A DNA stretch of 62,904 nt, counting the filler, from Hausera hauseri (taxonomy: Eukaryota): assembly GCA_046269625.1 (NCBI GenBank). It is 11 parts of 11 records of this genome, joined end to end, with 100 filler letters (N's around TTAATTAATTAA, not from the genome) between each part and the next. Parts side by side here need not be neighbours in the genome. Positions count along the whole stretch, not along the records: positions 50,981 to 57,735 come from JBJURY010069328.1; positions 57,836 to 62,904 come from JBJURY010345824.1; 9 more parts are not named here. The stretch is one strand, 5' to 3'. Shown in pieces: positions 50,981 to 62,904 of this stretch. Every line of letters begins with the position of its first letter. Position 1 is the stretch's first letter. The notes beneath the pieces were generated by a model. The model was not told the DNA's origin. It searched no databases and worked only from the letters and a program-made list of their open reading frames with translations. The position numbers and the translations under genes are program-made.

Positions 50981-53094
50981 GCACAAATAGTATGGAATAA
51001 TTATTTGAATCTGGACGTAAATACCCTATTAATCCCATCAGATTAGGAAGATATAGATAAATTCGACATGGTAAATGCAAGCGGATTTTCAGATAGGTTA
51101 AATGCACTACGATATCATCTGATATTCTGTGAATTAAGCGATGACGAAGAAATAGCTACGCCATTTAAAGAGGAACGGGCGAGATTAGTAAATAACTTCC
51201 GATTAAGATCAGCTCAGGTAAAGGAAGAGATAACCGATATGGCTAGGAATTTACAACGATTAAACGCCTTCAAGAAACGCATCATGCACATATACTATAA
51301 TAAAGAATCATTTAGAATGAAAGAGTGTGAAGATTCATCGCATAGTGACGAAGAAAAGGAAAGAGATATTAATAAGAAACCACTAACAGTAGTTGAAACA
51401 CAACAGGAGACATTGCAGCCAAACAGCAATTACGACCAAATTATGATTAATGAGAATGTCAGCCTGGATGAATTTATAAAGATAACTGAACAAACATTGC
51501 ACAAGGAAATTACAGATTCCAAACCAACCTTAAAAGAAAATCAATCTAGTATAATTAGTAACGGGTTTATTTGCTCAACATTAATACTACTCATTATACC
51601 ATTTATATTATTTGGAACAACTGAAGCTATTCCTATTCAAGAAAGTTTATCAATTTGGTTAATATTGTTAATCTTAGTTAATTTAATGTTTCACATGAAA
51701 TCATTTGAGCAATCAAATAGTGATTAAGAGATAACTCCAACCGAGGTCCATACGACAACAGAAGAAGTCCCCAACATAAAACCAAAATATATAAAATGTA
51801 GAACACTCGTAAGGACAAACGAAATATCGATTAATAAATCCCTATTACCTGATGGCGATAAGAAAGATATCGATTCTACGAGCGAACATTGCCGCAGACG
51901 AATAGAATTTAATGAATTCCAAAACCCCGTACGGAACCCATACCTTTTACTATCACGACAAGTAGAACGTTATGAGACAAAAAGACTACAAGATAAAGGA
52001 GAAAATCAAAATTTTATTAAGAATTATGATCAAAAAACAGAATGGTCAAAATTGAATTGCCCAGTCCAATTAGATTTGAAGATATATGCGAAAAAACCAA
52101 CAATGCATCGTCATTATATATAGTTAATAGCTCAGAATGAAGAAATTACTAAATACATAAAAGAAGAGATTATGCAATCATACCTTTGAAAGCACAAGCA
52201 GTAGGCTCAATAGCAGAACATCCCTATTTAAGGACCAACAAAATAATTCCATTACTCCACGACATGAACAAGCTTTTCAAAGACCGTCATGAATTATCGA
52301 CTGAAGAATGTGAGTTATATACAGTAGCCAACCGTCTGGCTCAGTTACCATCGGATAACAGAAATCCCGTAACAATACTTGAACAAACCCCGAACAAGAG
52401 GACAATGATTAACGATCTCAAATAAGCCTATGTAACTCATTTAGAATGGAAAAGGGAAATAAAACATTCCGATTTAGTCAGAAAAGTTGCACTAGTGATG
52501 TACCAGAATGGAATACAACTCTATCGAAGAAATAACATAACTATTTATCGAAGCATCCAATACGCAAATCGTTTATGGGAGACACCCAGCCATATCAGGA
52601 GAGAAGTTACAAATTTCGGCCTTGATATGTACAAGAAATATGTCGAACAATACCAGAAAGAATCAAGGTAAGATCACGCCACTCACCCCGTGAGCGACAA
52701 CTTATTACTAATTACCAGCTTTCAAAGTTAGTTTTCTAAGGAGGCACTGCACGAGGATAGATCATTTAGAGAGCGTTACCAGAATGAACGAGGTAATTAT
52801 AATTCAGGATTGAGAATATTTGATGAAATTATGAATGTATCAGGCCTAAAGCCTTCATGGTACAACCCTATGCATAAACTAGCCAAAGTTTGGAACTACA
52901 GGTGTGGAATACAGTCTAACCATTTCGAAAATCAGAAACATAAATTAATAATTATGCATGAGTTACAACTGTCAACTATACCACAATTGTTGGAAAAGGT
53001 ACGATCAGTTGACCTACTAAACATAAGACATAATTTTAGTGAGAGCGAAATATGGTGCCGCAGTTTCGGGCGTCACCACAAGTCCCACTTATGA
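50981..53094 (+). pseudogene. Decayed long ORF of unknown function with two hydrophobic segments
   Basis: 51068-52185 reads in one frame through two isolated stops, then shifts frame to 52186-53094 with scattered stops; purine-rich coding-like strand bias. Confidence 0.5.
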
Positions 53095-53490
53095 AAAAAA
53101 AATATATATATATAATAATTGTTGTTATCCAATGATGAAAAGGAATTTCATTGAAGATGTGATTGAGACCCAAACAGAGTTGAAGATTTTGTGAAGCGTC
53201 ATTCTGTTATACTTTTTACAAATATCTAAATTTCATATTAGATAGTTTTGAATTCAGTGCATTCCACTGTCAAATTTAATAATAACAGAAAGATTGTATA
53301 GTTTCCATCCAATATGTTTGCAAATTAGTGCAATTATTTAATATCACAGTGATCTACTGGGAAAGAAAACATGAATATTAGAAACTTGATAGCTAAGTTG
53401 TTTATTGTAAACATTGTCTTTGAGGGCACTGTACTTCAGTGTTATTTGAATCAATTCTGAACCCTAATAAAGAACACAACAAATGTGCTA

Positions 53491-53682
<192 letters not shown>

Positions 53683-53729
53683 TTAAAACAATAAAAACAA
53701 CTTACATGTAGTTCACAAAAGCAACTGTT

Positions 53730-56700
53730 AACTGCGTCCGGTAAACCTTTACAAATCTTTGGAGTTACTAATTAATATTCACTCTTCCACAGTTCACAAA
53801 CACATTCAAATAAAAATTTACAGTAGCCAATGTACGCATACCTATATTGGGTTCAGACTTTCTGTCCCACTACAATTTACTTGTAGATTGCAAACAATGT
53901 TCCTTAAATAGAGGAAATAATCTTAATAAAATTAGTAGCATTTCGATGACTACCCCGGCGATCGCGTCCAGTAAGTCAATACTAAAGAAAACGACTAGGG
54001 ATTTGAATTATTTTTATAATCATTTATTATATAGAAATCTTTATTACGGTGACAAATGCGATATTGCCAACTGCGTGGCACCTATTACTAATAGCACAGC
54101 TGCCAACACCATCTTCATCACAAACATCCTGCTCCAAATACGACCCAGTCGCAACACCTCCTCTATAACTCATACCTCAACTGCATTTAGTCACGATATA
54201 TCGACACCATCGGATAATTTGTCATCGTTGCCTTCTGACCTACAACAATAAATTTCTTCTTCTTGCACGCGTCTGTTGCAGAAGGACAAATCTTTCGTAC
54301 CACCTCAATCCACTTTTTATCACATAGTAACAGCACATCAAAGACCAATACATCAAAAGGTCCATCCGCTATTGCCTCGTCGCAGACAGGCAGTAGAGGC
54401 TGAGTTTCTCTAACTTGGAAAATCAGGCATAATCCGAAGATTGAAGTCCCCCTGGTCTTCACCACTGCATGCTGTTCCAAAAAATGGCACCTTTCGCCCA
54501 TGCGGTGATTACCGCCAACTTAACATTATAACAACAATGGATGTCTACCTTCTACCATTAATCAATGATATTTTCTACAGGCTCCATAGTTCGACCATCT
54601 TTTCCTGCATTGATTTACACAAAGCATACCACCAAATCCCGGTGGCCACAGCAGACATTCCGAAAACTGCTGTCATTACACCCTTCGGCTTTTTCGAATA
54701 CCTCTTTATGCCTTTTGGACTCCATAGCGCTTTCCAGACCTTCCAAATGCATATAGGCACAGTCCTATCAAATTTAGACTTCGCCTATCCCTATATTGGT
54801 GACATATTAATTGCATCATCTTCATCGAAGCACACTTCGAGCACCTACGTTTGATCTTCCAATGCCTGCACCAAAACAACTTGCAAATCAATTTCTCTAA
54901 ATGCTCCTTTTCAACATAATGTCAACTTCCTAGGACATGTTATTAGCTCCTAGGGACACTCACCTCAGCCAGACAGCATCACACAGCTCAAAAACATTTA
55001 GCTTCTACGTACATCAACAGAGATGCGTTATTTCCTTGGAACCTTGCACTTTATTCATAAATACGTTTCACATTGCTCCACTCTAACCGCTCCATTTGCA
55101 TCACTATGCTCTGGCAAGAAGAGACAGCCTATTCAATGGACCACCAATCTAGTCAATACCTTTGATCGCCTCAAAGACAATTTAAAAACTGTGGAAATCC
55201 TGGCCTATCCAGACTCCCATACAGAACTTTTCTTAACCACTGACGCATCCACAACAGCCGCAGGTGCTGTTCTCCATTAAGTTAAAAATGGATCCCATGA
55301 GCCATTGGAATTCTCTTTTCGAAAATTCACAGCACAAGAGCAAAGATATTCCACCTTTGACCGAGAGTTGATTGCAATGGTCACTGCCGTAAAACACTTC
55401 AAACATCTCCTAACTGCACGAAATTTTACCATAGAAACGGACCACAAGCCCTTGCTTCAAATTGTCAGCATGAAATCGCTTTCTCCACGTCAGGAGAGGC
55501 AAATATCGTGTTTGCCAACATTTAGTTTTGTAATTAAGCATCTAAACGGAGTCCACAATTTAGTAGCTGACTTTTTGTCCCGATCGGTCAGCTCGATTGA
55601 TTTTACACCAATTTTTCCTCAATCTAAACTTCAGCAAAACCAGCCACCTCCTGACATCCCGAAATTTTTTGAATCTTGCAAAACCATTGACGGTGTAGCC
55701 TTTGACACCTCCAAACCTAACAATCCTAAGATCATCCTTTCTAAATCGATTCAAAAAGAAGCATTCAATAGCATTCATTCGTTCATCATCCTGGTACCAA
55801 GTCCACTTTTCGCCTTTTACAACGCCAAGTAGTATGGCCGTCCATGCGCTGTTACGTGCAGCAATGGGTTAGGCAGTGTGTGGCATGCTAAAAATACAAA
55901 GTTACTAAGCACCTAAAACCACAACTGTTTCATTTTCCATGCACGTCTCGTTTTGAATCCGTTCATATTGATCATGTAGGCCCACAACCATTAGACAACC
56001 GCTCCTCGCGATGGCCAGAGGCTGTCCCGCTTCGGAACACCAACATAGAAACCATCGCAGACGTTTTCATCCGCACTTGAATCAGCAGGTTTGGATTACC
56101 TGGCCACATCATTTCGGACCAAGGTCCACAGTTCGAATCCAACCCGTTTAAAGCTCTTGTCAAACGATTGGGAATAATCCACATTCACACATCACCATAT
56201 CATCCCCAATCGAACGGCCTTCTCGAACGCTTTCACGGAACAATGAAAACGTCTCTCAAAATTCTAGCTGAGTCCAATCGCAATTGGACTACACTCCTTC
56301 CGTACGTTCTGCTTGGCTAGCGGAACACACCATCTACTTCTACAGGCTGTTCACCTGCAGGAGCATTATTTGGCACTTCCATCAGATCATTATTCGAGCT
56401 GACTGAGCTGGACAATACTCCTACAGACGAAACCATACAAGCTTCACAATGACACTTTGTTGAGATAAGCTAAGACTCATTTTGCAGACTGTTACAGGCA
56501 AATAAACCCTACATACCCGATGATTTATATACTGCTAAGTTCGTTTGGTTAAAGAATCTGACGCCGTGTGGCTTTCAACCTTAGTATGTCGGCCCTTACA
56601 AAGTAATTCGCTTGCACTTCCATAACATCATCATTTTCAAAGACGACAAAGAAGTAACCGTTCACATCAATAATGCTAAACCGGCCTTCTTTATTGACGA

Positions 56701-57400
56701 CACATCTCCCATCGAAACCACTTATCCACCAACATCTTTACACGACATGCAGCAATCTAACAATTCACCATCCATTCCTGCTTAATTTCTTAATCAACCT
56801 TTGTCTACGTTTTCTCCAAAAACTTCCACTTTAATTTCATCTCACAATTCAGCATGCTTCTCCCCATCCGATTTTGCACCTTCAAGCCTTCTACCACCTC
56901 GTTCATCTCCTTACAACAACGTGCTTTATCCTTTTACAGCACTTCCTCCATCAAACACTATTTCAACTTCACCAATCTCTCCATCTACACCTTTCACCAT
57001 TCCAACCTCTTGCACATCACCCTCTAACTTCTTTCCTTTGCCTTCTCTATCTCCACGCTCTCTCTCGATCTGTCCCTCTTTTCCACACCTTACTCATCTT
57101 CGGCGCTTTCTTCCCCCCTTTTTCCTCACATCAACTTTTACTCATTTTACTTCTGCTTCACAACTTTCTCCTCTCTTTACCTCTTTCTCCACCCCTTTTC
57201 CGCTTATTACTACAACTTCTGTTTCATATTCCACTTTTACTATCTCAGATAATTCAATTCCAACTTCTACTCCAACTTCTCATTGTCTTCCTTTACCCGC
57301 CATTACACCTTTAATCACTACTTTGTCTTCAACAATCTCTCTTTCTCATTCACTTTCTCCTTCTCTTTATTGTGACTCATCTTTGCACGACACAACACTA
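53730..57400 (+). mobile_element. CsRn1-like Ty3/gypsy pol (PR end, RT, RNase H, IN) and Pro/Ser/Thr-rich tail, decayed
   Basis: LGSDFL; SPWSSPLHAVPK...RPCGDYRQLN; IDLHKAYHQIP; YIGD; LTTDAS; YSTFDREL; TDHKPL; ISDQGPQFES; YHPQSNGLLERFH. Confidence 0.93.
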
Positions 57401-57835
57401 ACAACAGTCCCTAAACTCATAAAACTTATTTTCGGGCATTTTGTACAGTGTCATACATTTGGCAGAAGACATGCACATTGGCAAATGCTTAATGTAAGCA
57501 GTATCAAGTCTAAAGCCATGTAAACATTTTCACACAAATGTTTACATTAAATGCGAATTTTCTTACTGTTCATATTCAACACTCGATTAAGATTGAGAAA
57601 AGCTACATAGTGGAACTTATTATTATTCTCAAGAATCAATAAATTAACTACAACACGATTTGGACTTTTGCTTCAGTAGAAAATATCAATGAATGGATTT
57701 TTTACTAGGTCCTCATCAAAATCCACATCATCCGCNNNNNNNNNNNNNNNNNNNNNNNNNNNNNNNNNNNNNNNNNNNNTTAATTAATTAANNNNNNNNN
57801 NNNNNNNNNNNNNNNNNNNNNNNNNNNNNNNNNNN

Positions 57836-59520
57836 GAAAGAATCTTTCATCATAAGGGTGTTTAACGCTCGACAATCGATATAAAATCGATGTTTTGTAG
57901 TACCCTTCTTTTTAACCATAAGTATGTACGAATACCAAGATCTATGGCTCGGTCTAATTATGTCAGCCCTAAGCATGCGTTCGACTTCCTTTGTTATCTT
58001 GGGTCTTAACGAGTGCGGAGGATACCATTTTGGCATCTCTTGATCTTCTAGATCAATTTCATCATTTGAGCCTGGCTTTGTCTTAAGCGGAATTGTTAAT
58101 CTCAAGGCTTTAGCTCTACCAATGTCTTCGTCGTCTTTAGCAATGACTGAGCTATATAAACAAGGTAGTTTGTAAAAACGACAGTGATTCTGGTAAGAAT
58201 TTACTTTCGACGTGAAGTGGAAATTCGGCACATTTGTAAGGTTTTTCTTCAATAGTTATTGATGATACTCTATACGTGTGACCCAAGGTGGTATTAGCGT
58301 ACAGTTTGATTTGGGTCGGCGCGTTATTAGCTATTCTGATCGGCACACGACCCGCTGACACTCTTTGTTAATATATTAATGAGTATGATGCTTGGGTTTA
58401 ATGATTCTTTTGGTTCGAAATATACTGGCTGGTCATCATCTTGACGGATTTGAGCATATATTAACATTTTAGTTCTTGGTGGAATGTTTTCGCCTACTGG
58501 GATCCATACTTCTCCAAATTTCCTTTCTTTAGTAGTCTTACGTCCTTTTAGCGGAACGAGTTCTATTAATTTTCCCGCATGGATGTCTATAGTTACATTT
58601 GGTAGTTGTCTTAACAGATCACATCCTAATACTACCTCATCAGTTAACTGTTCCATTACTGAGAATCCATCGTTTAAAGATTGTCACATTATGTGAATTT
58701 TTGGTTCCATCGATATTTGCTTTTTGACGACTGTCCAAAATCTCCAATACTTTCTGGATCTGTTGTTGGAGTTGGATATAATTGTTTCTGTTAAAACTGC
58801 GGTATTGAGTAATGCTTTATTAGCGATATTTCGGATCCAGTATCTATCAGTGATAAACTTCCAAATCTAACGGAATTTTCGCGAAAGGTCTACCTTCGAT
58901 TACCGTGCCATAGTAATTCGGTGCTACTTTTGGATGTAGAATCATTGATACTTTATACCCGTTAATTTTAACTTTTGTGGCTGCGACTGGCTGGTCGATC
59001 AATTGTCTTAGTTCTCCATTTGGGTACAGTTCATTGTTCGCACAATTGACAATTTCTGTTTCCTGACTTCTAACTGGGGATTGCAGTTCTTGATTTCTAA
59101 AAGTATGCATTTCGTGGTCTCTTGAAAGTGTTGGACGTGTCTCGTTTGTCCTGGGTATTCTAGGGGAATAAAGTATTCCGTGGTCGTCAATTGCTGAAAG
59201 ACGATATGGGGCAGAGGTTCTTTTCGTTTCATGCATTTTACGTAACACCGTAATGTTTTGTTCCTTCATAGGGATCTTCAAGGTTAAACGGTTTTCTATA
59301 GATATCCGTTTTATGAGCTCATAGATTGTTTCTCACAATATTCATATATAGGCACGGTTGGCGATAATATGGGTAACGGTGGTTTTATAACGGATTAGTT
59401 TTTGTGTCTATTTATCTTGTAGACGACATCTCCTTCCTTAGGCTCGTCATCGTCAGAGTTATCTCTTCGTGTCTTGACATTTATGAATTTGCGTTTGTAA
59501 TTAAATATGTCTTGTGGGTT
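57836..59520 (-). mobile_element. Second copy of the Env-Pol family: env tail/linker, protease, dUTPase-like spacer, RT start
   Basis: DIFNYKRKFINVKTRRDNSDDDEPK matches GIFHYRQKFINAKIRRNNSADDEPK (4975-5048); APNYYGTVIEGRPF...IDTGSEIS; VLGCDLL; KEVERMLRADIIRPS...MVKKKG...RFYIDCRALN. Confidence 0.88.
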
Positions 59521-60779
59521 CGTCATTAAGAGAGAATAACATAAATCCAACGATAATGAAAACAAATCCTTGACGACATTCATTCTGTATTTCTTTTTAT
59601 TGTCTAACAATTCAAATCATTTAAAATCAATTATCGACAAATTCCTCTACACAATCTATTGTTAATTGAAAAAAAAGGAAAAACAAAACTTAGAGACAAC
59701 AAATAATAAGCCATACAACAACAATAGAGAGAATAGTATAATAGTAATAAATAAACAGTTAATTTGAAAAGGTCAAATAATAATTTCAAAAGCGGTTCTA
59801 AATGCATCAAAAGTACTACTCATCAGTGGAAGCTTTCCGAATTAAAAAACATTGATTTTTGTCTGACTATTCACATTCAATACTTATCCTCTGTCTCACA
59901 CGTATGTATATGTTTACATTCAAACTTCAAAGAAAACATTGTAATGATAGCTTCCCGAATTCTCTGGAAAACAGCAACATTGGAAGAATCAAATACCAGT
60001 CAATTATCGCAAGGAATTAGATTCTGAATCCCTGTCCAAGGTAACAACCTGTGTGTCGTATAGTTACATGGCAGGGAAAATCCTTTCACCGATCCACTAA
60101 CCCCTCCTGTGCGACCACACCCTAGGCACTATAAAAAATCTATTCTGACAACTGTAAAACCGTTATTCTCACCCATCTAACACCATGCAAACATTTTAAT
60201 TTCTTGTATTCTTGTGTAAATCACGCACCGAACGATCAAACAGTATTATTCGAGGTCCTCCAATCAAATTCACTAAGAAAATATCCAATTATTAAAATAA
60301 AAAAATTCTTTTCTTGGTCTACATTACATGGTATTATTTTAAACGATTGGACACTGGCTTTACCTTTATTCAAGTATTGGTTTTTCATACCTTTTTATGC
60401 ATATTGGTAGTTGCACTATGACAATTATTGATAAAACCTATCTCAACCTCCTACCACCGAATTGGAATTATCCGGATCCAGCTTCGATGTTTTGTTTCAA
60501 CGTTGCCGGAAACCTTAACTTACCAGGGCATCTCCCGAGCATTATTTCTCAACCCCTCTCGTTCTTTGTTTTTCATAATAACAAACACATTTTACCACGT
60601 ATGCAGAACACATAGAAACTACACATACCATTTATTCTTCTCTATCATCCCATCTCAATTCCTCTGACTTTTATCTGTCATACCACGGTTCAGTTTGACA
60701 TCCGTCTGACTCATTTTCTTCTTTTGCTCACTTCATCATTCACCTCATACTTCATTATCGCGTCCGGGGCGGATCGGAC

Positions 60780-62904
60780 CCCGATCCTTCTTATGCCGAA
60801 AATTCCACTAAGACGAGATCTGGTCGTCGTCTTACCGAGCCCACACCAACTACATCTCCAAATCTTCCTTGCACAGATTTTTTTCTCGACAAAACGGATT
60901 CGAGTCGCACCAGGTTACAATTCCATTTGCACAATGGCTTAAAGCCAATCACATCACATATTCCTTTTTGAGGGCGAACAGCTTGCTGCTTCTTCTTCCA
61001 GCAAATATCAAGCAGCAAATCAATAATCTTACCGACATACTCACCTCTTCAAATCCATACGATATGCTTTATAAATCAGTCCTGCATATTACCGACACTT
61101 CCATTGACAGCATAATACAGAAATACTTCATCGCACATGCCATAGGAAATCAAAAACGGCCAGACTTACTTAAAACTGCAATATCTCAACTGAGCTCTTT
61201 AGGCGTCACTCCTACGAACAATGCCGATCTTCGTCGGTATTTTTTTCATCCTTACCAACCTCCATCAGAGCGTTGCTTACTGCAGTAGACAATTCAAAGG
61301 CACTCGAGAAACTCTCATTACTGGCAGACAGAAGTATCGACATTTTGCAATCAAATGGTTCACAACCAGTGGCTGCAGCAACCGCTCACACACCATCAAC
61401 GCAGATAACACTTTATTTTCACAACAACTACATATCATTCATAAACAGTTCGACACACTCCAACAGGCAATTTCTGCGATTATAGTCCAGCTTAATGATT
61501 TATGTGCCTTGAAGAGGTGAAAACCGTTCTTCGCGTAATCGTAGCCTTTCTAGGCATTCCTTTCGATCCAAATCTTGAGATGGCAGAATGACGTGTTTTT
61601 GTCACAATAAATTCCAGAGACGCAATAAAGTGTATTTTAGGCTGTCGATTTTACGACGAACGTTATGCAGTAGACAACCCAATATGTATTTATCACACAA
61701 AATACCAATCTCAAGCTAGGTCGTGTGTGCCGGGATGCAAATATTATAAAAGAAATTCTACTTTTTCTGAACCTTCTTCGCCTCCTCGTACTCATCATTC
61801 CTCTTCTTTTTCACAACAAGTCTCAAAAAACTAATAACGCCGCCAGGTGACACGACACATTCTGGCGTTGGCAAAACCTTTCAGTCATCTGGCCGCTTTA
61901 ACACCGCCTCTGCAGTCTTTCTGTTGAAAGCTGCATTGCTATTCAGAGACACCTCACATATCGACTTCCTTATCGATTCAGGAGCTGCCTTTTCGCTCCT
62001 TCCATTTTCTTTCACCCATATATCTACTATAATTTCCTGTCCACCGCTTTTTACTGCCAGTGGTCAACCGTTCAACGTTGTAAAAACCACGGAATTGACT
62101 TTCACATTCGTCAAGTTGCCAGATAAGTTTGTCTGGAAGTTCCACGTGGCCAACATTAAATCCCCCATAATAGGCTCAGATTTCCTTGCCGCACATGTTC
62201 TATTATTCGATTGCAAATACAGCTGTCTTTTAAGCAGGAACTCGGTTGCAACTCCAAACATGTGTCTCGTAGACAGTTTAGCCAGCAAATCACCAAACTC
62301 ATCTGTGAATATGTTGAAAGCTTCGTCATTTATAAAAAAACTTCCGATAAAGTGGGTAATATTTCAATTATGAACGACAATCATAAATCTATTCTAAAAC
62401 AAAAATTCAAATTAGGCGTCGACAGTAGCGATGCCAGTTGCTTTTCGTCAAGCACTGGAGCTGTTCTTTCTAATGATATGCCTCAATTATTCTTATCTCT
62501 AGATTCCGATCTTAAATCATACATCACAACGTCTTTTTTTGCATGGTTAAAATGGACGTTCACTTAAAGCCTCCATCCACAACTTATCACCATATAGTAA
62601 CGGAGCATCAGAGGCCTATCAAACAAATGGTCAGATCTTTATTGCCATAGCTGTGGAACAGAAATTCTATTAACTGGAAAGGTCTGGCATCATTCGAAGA
62701 TCGAATTCACCTAGGGCTTCTCTTCATGTAGCAGTAAAGAAAGATGGTACTTATAGGCCATGTGGCGACTATCGACAATTAAACAACCTAACTATTACAG
62801 ATGCCTATCCACTACCACTCATTAAGAGTATTCTTCATAGCCTCAATAACACCAATACCTACTCTACCATTGATCCGCATAAGGCCTACCATCAAATTCC
62901 TGTT
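60780..62904 (+). mobile_element. CsRn1-like Ty3/gypsy: gag, frameshift site, protease, RT start
   Basis: Gag homologous to 47900-48800; CIYHTKYQSQARSCVPGC; AAAAAAC-TAA; FLIDSGAAFSLLP; RPCGDYRQLN; DPHKAYHQIP at the window end. Confidence 0.9.

Noticed and set aside
56801-57523. 240-aa Ser/Pro/Thr-rich mucin-like gene
   Set aside because: Low-complexity tail following the gypsy integrase, as at 45530-45960; no independent evidence of a gene

Overview
This window is not one locus. It is 11 unrelated-looking contigs of AT-rich animal genomic DNA joined by an artificial 100-nt linker (N-run/TTAATTAATTAA/N-run), so adjacency across linkers is not evidence. An intact intronless rhodopsin-type GPCR, tRNA-derived SINEs and a TFIIE-alpha exon point to an invertebrate, possibly molluscan, host. 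Most of the sequence is decayed mobile DNA: five pieces of one CsRn1-like Ty3/gypsy family, a near-complete Ty3/gypsy with an F-type (class I) env, Polinton/adintovirus remnants (pPolB, packaging ATPase, capsid, adenain protease, long inverted repeats, an adjacent TBP-like gene), and hAT-like, piggyBac and Tc1 fossils. The most unusual item is a Ty3/gypsy-type element (4370-11070, minus; second partial copy at 57836-59520) with the order gag - about 3.6 kb unknown ORF - chuvirus-type glycoprotein - PTAP-containing tail - protease (- RT in the second copy). Its envelope gene lies upstream of pol and in the same reading frame, which suggests a membrane-anchored Env-Pol polyprotein. All family calls come from motif recognition by eye; no database searches were run.
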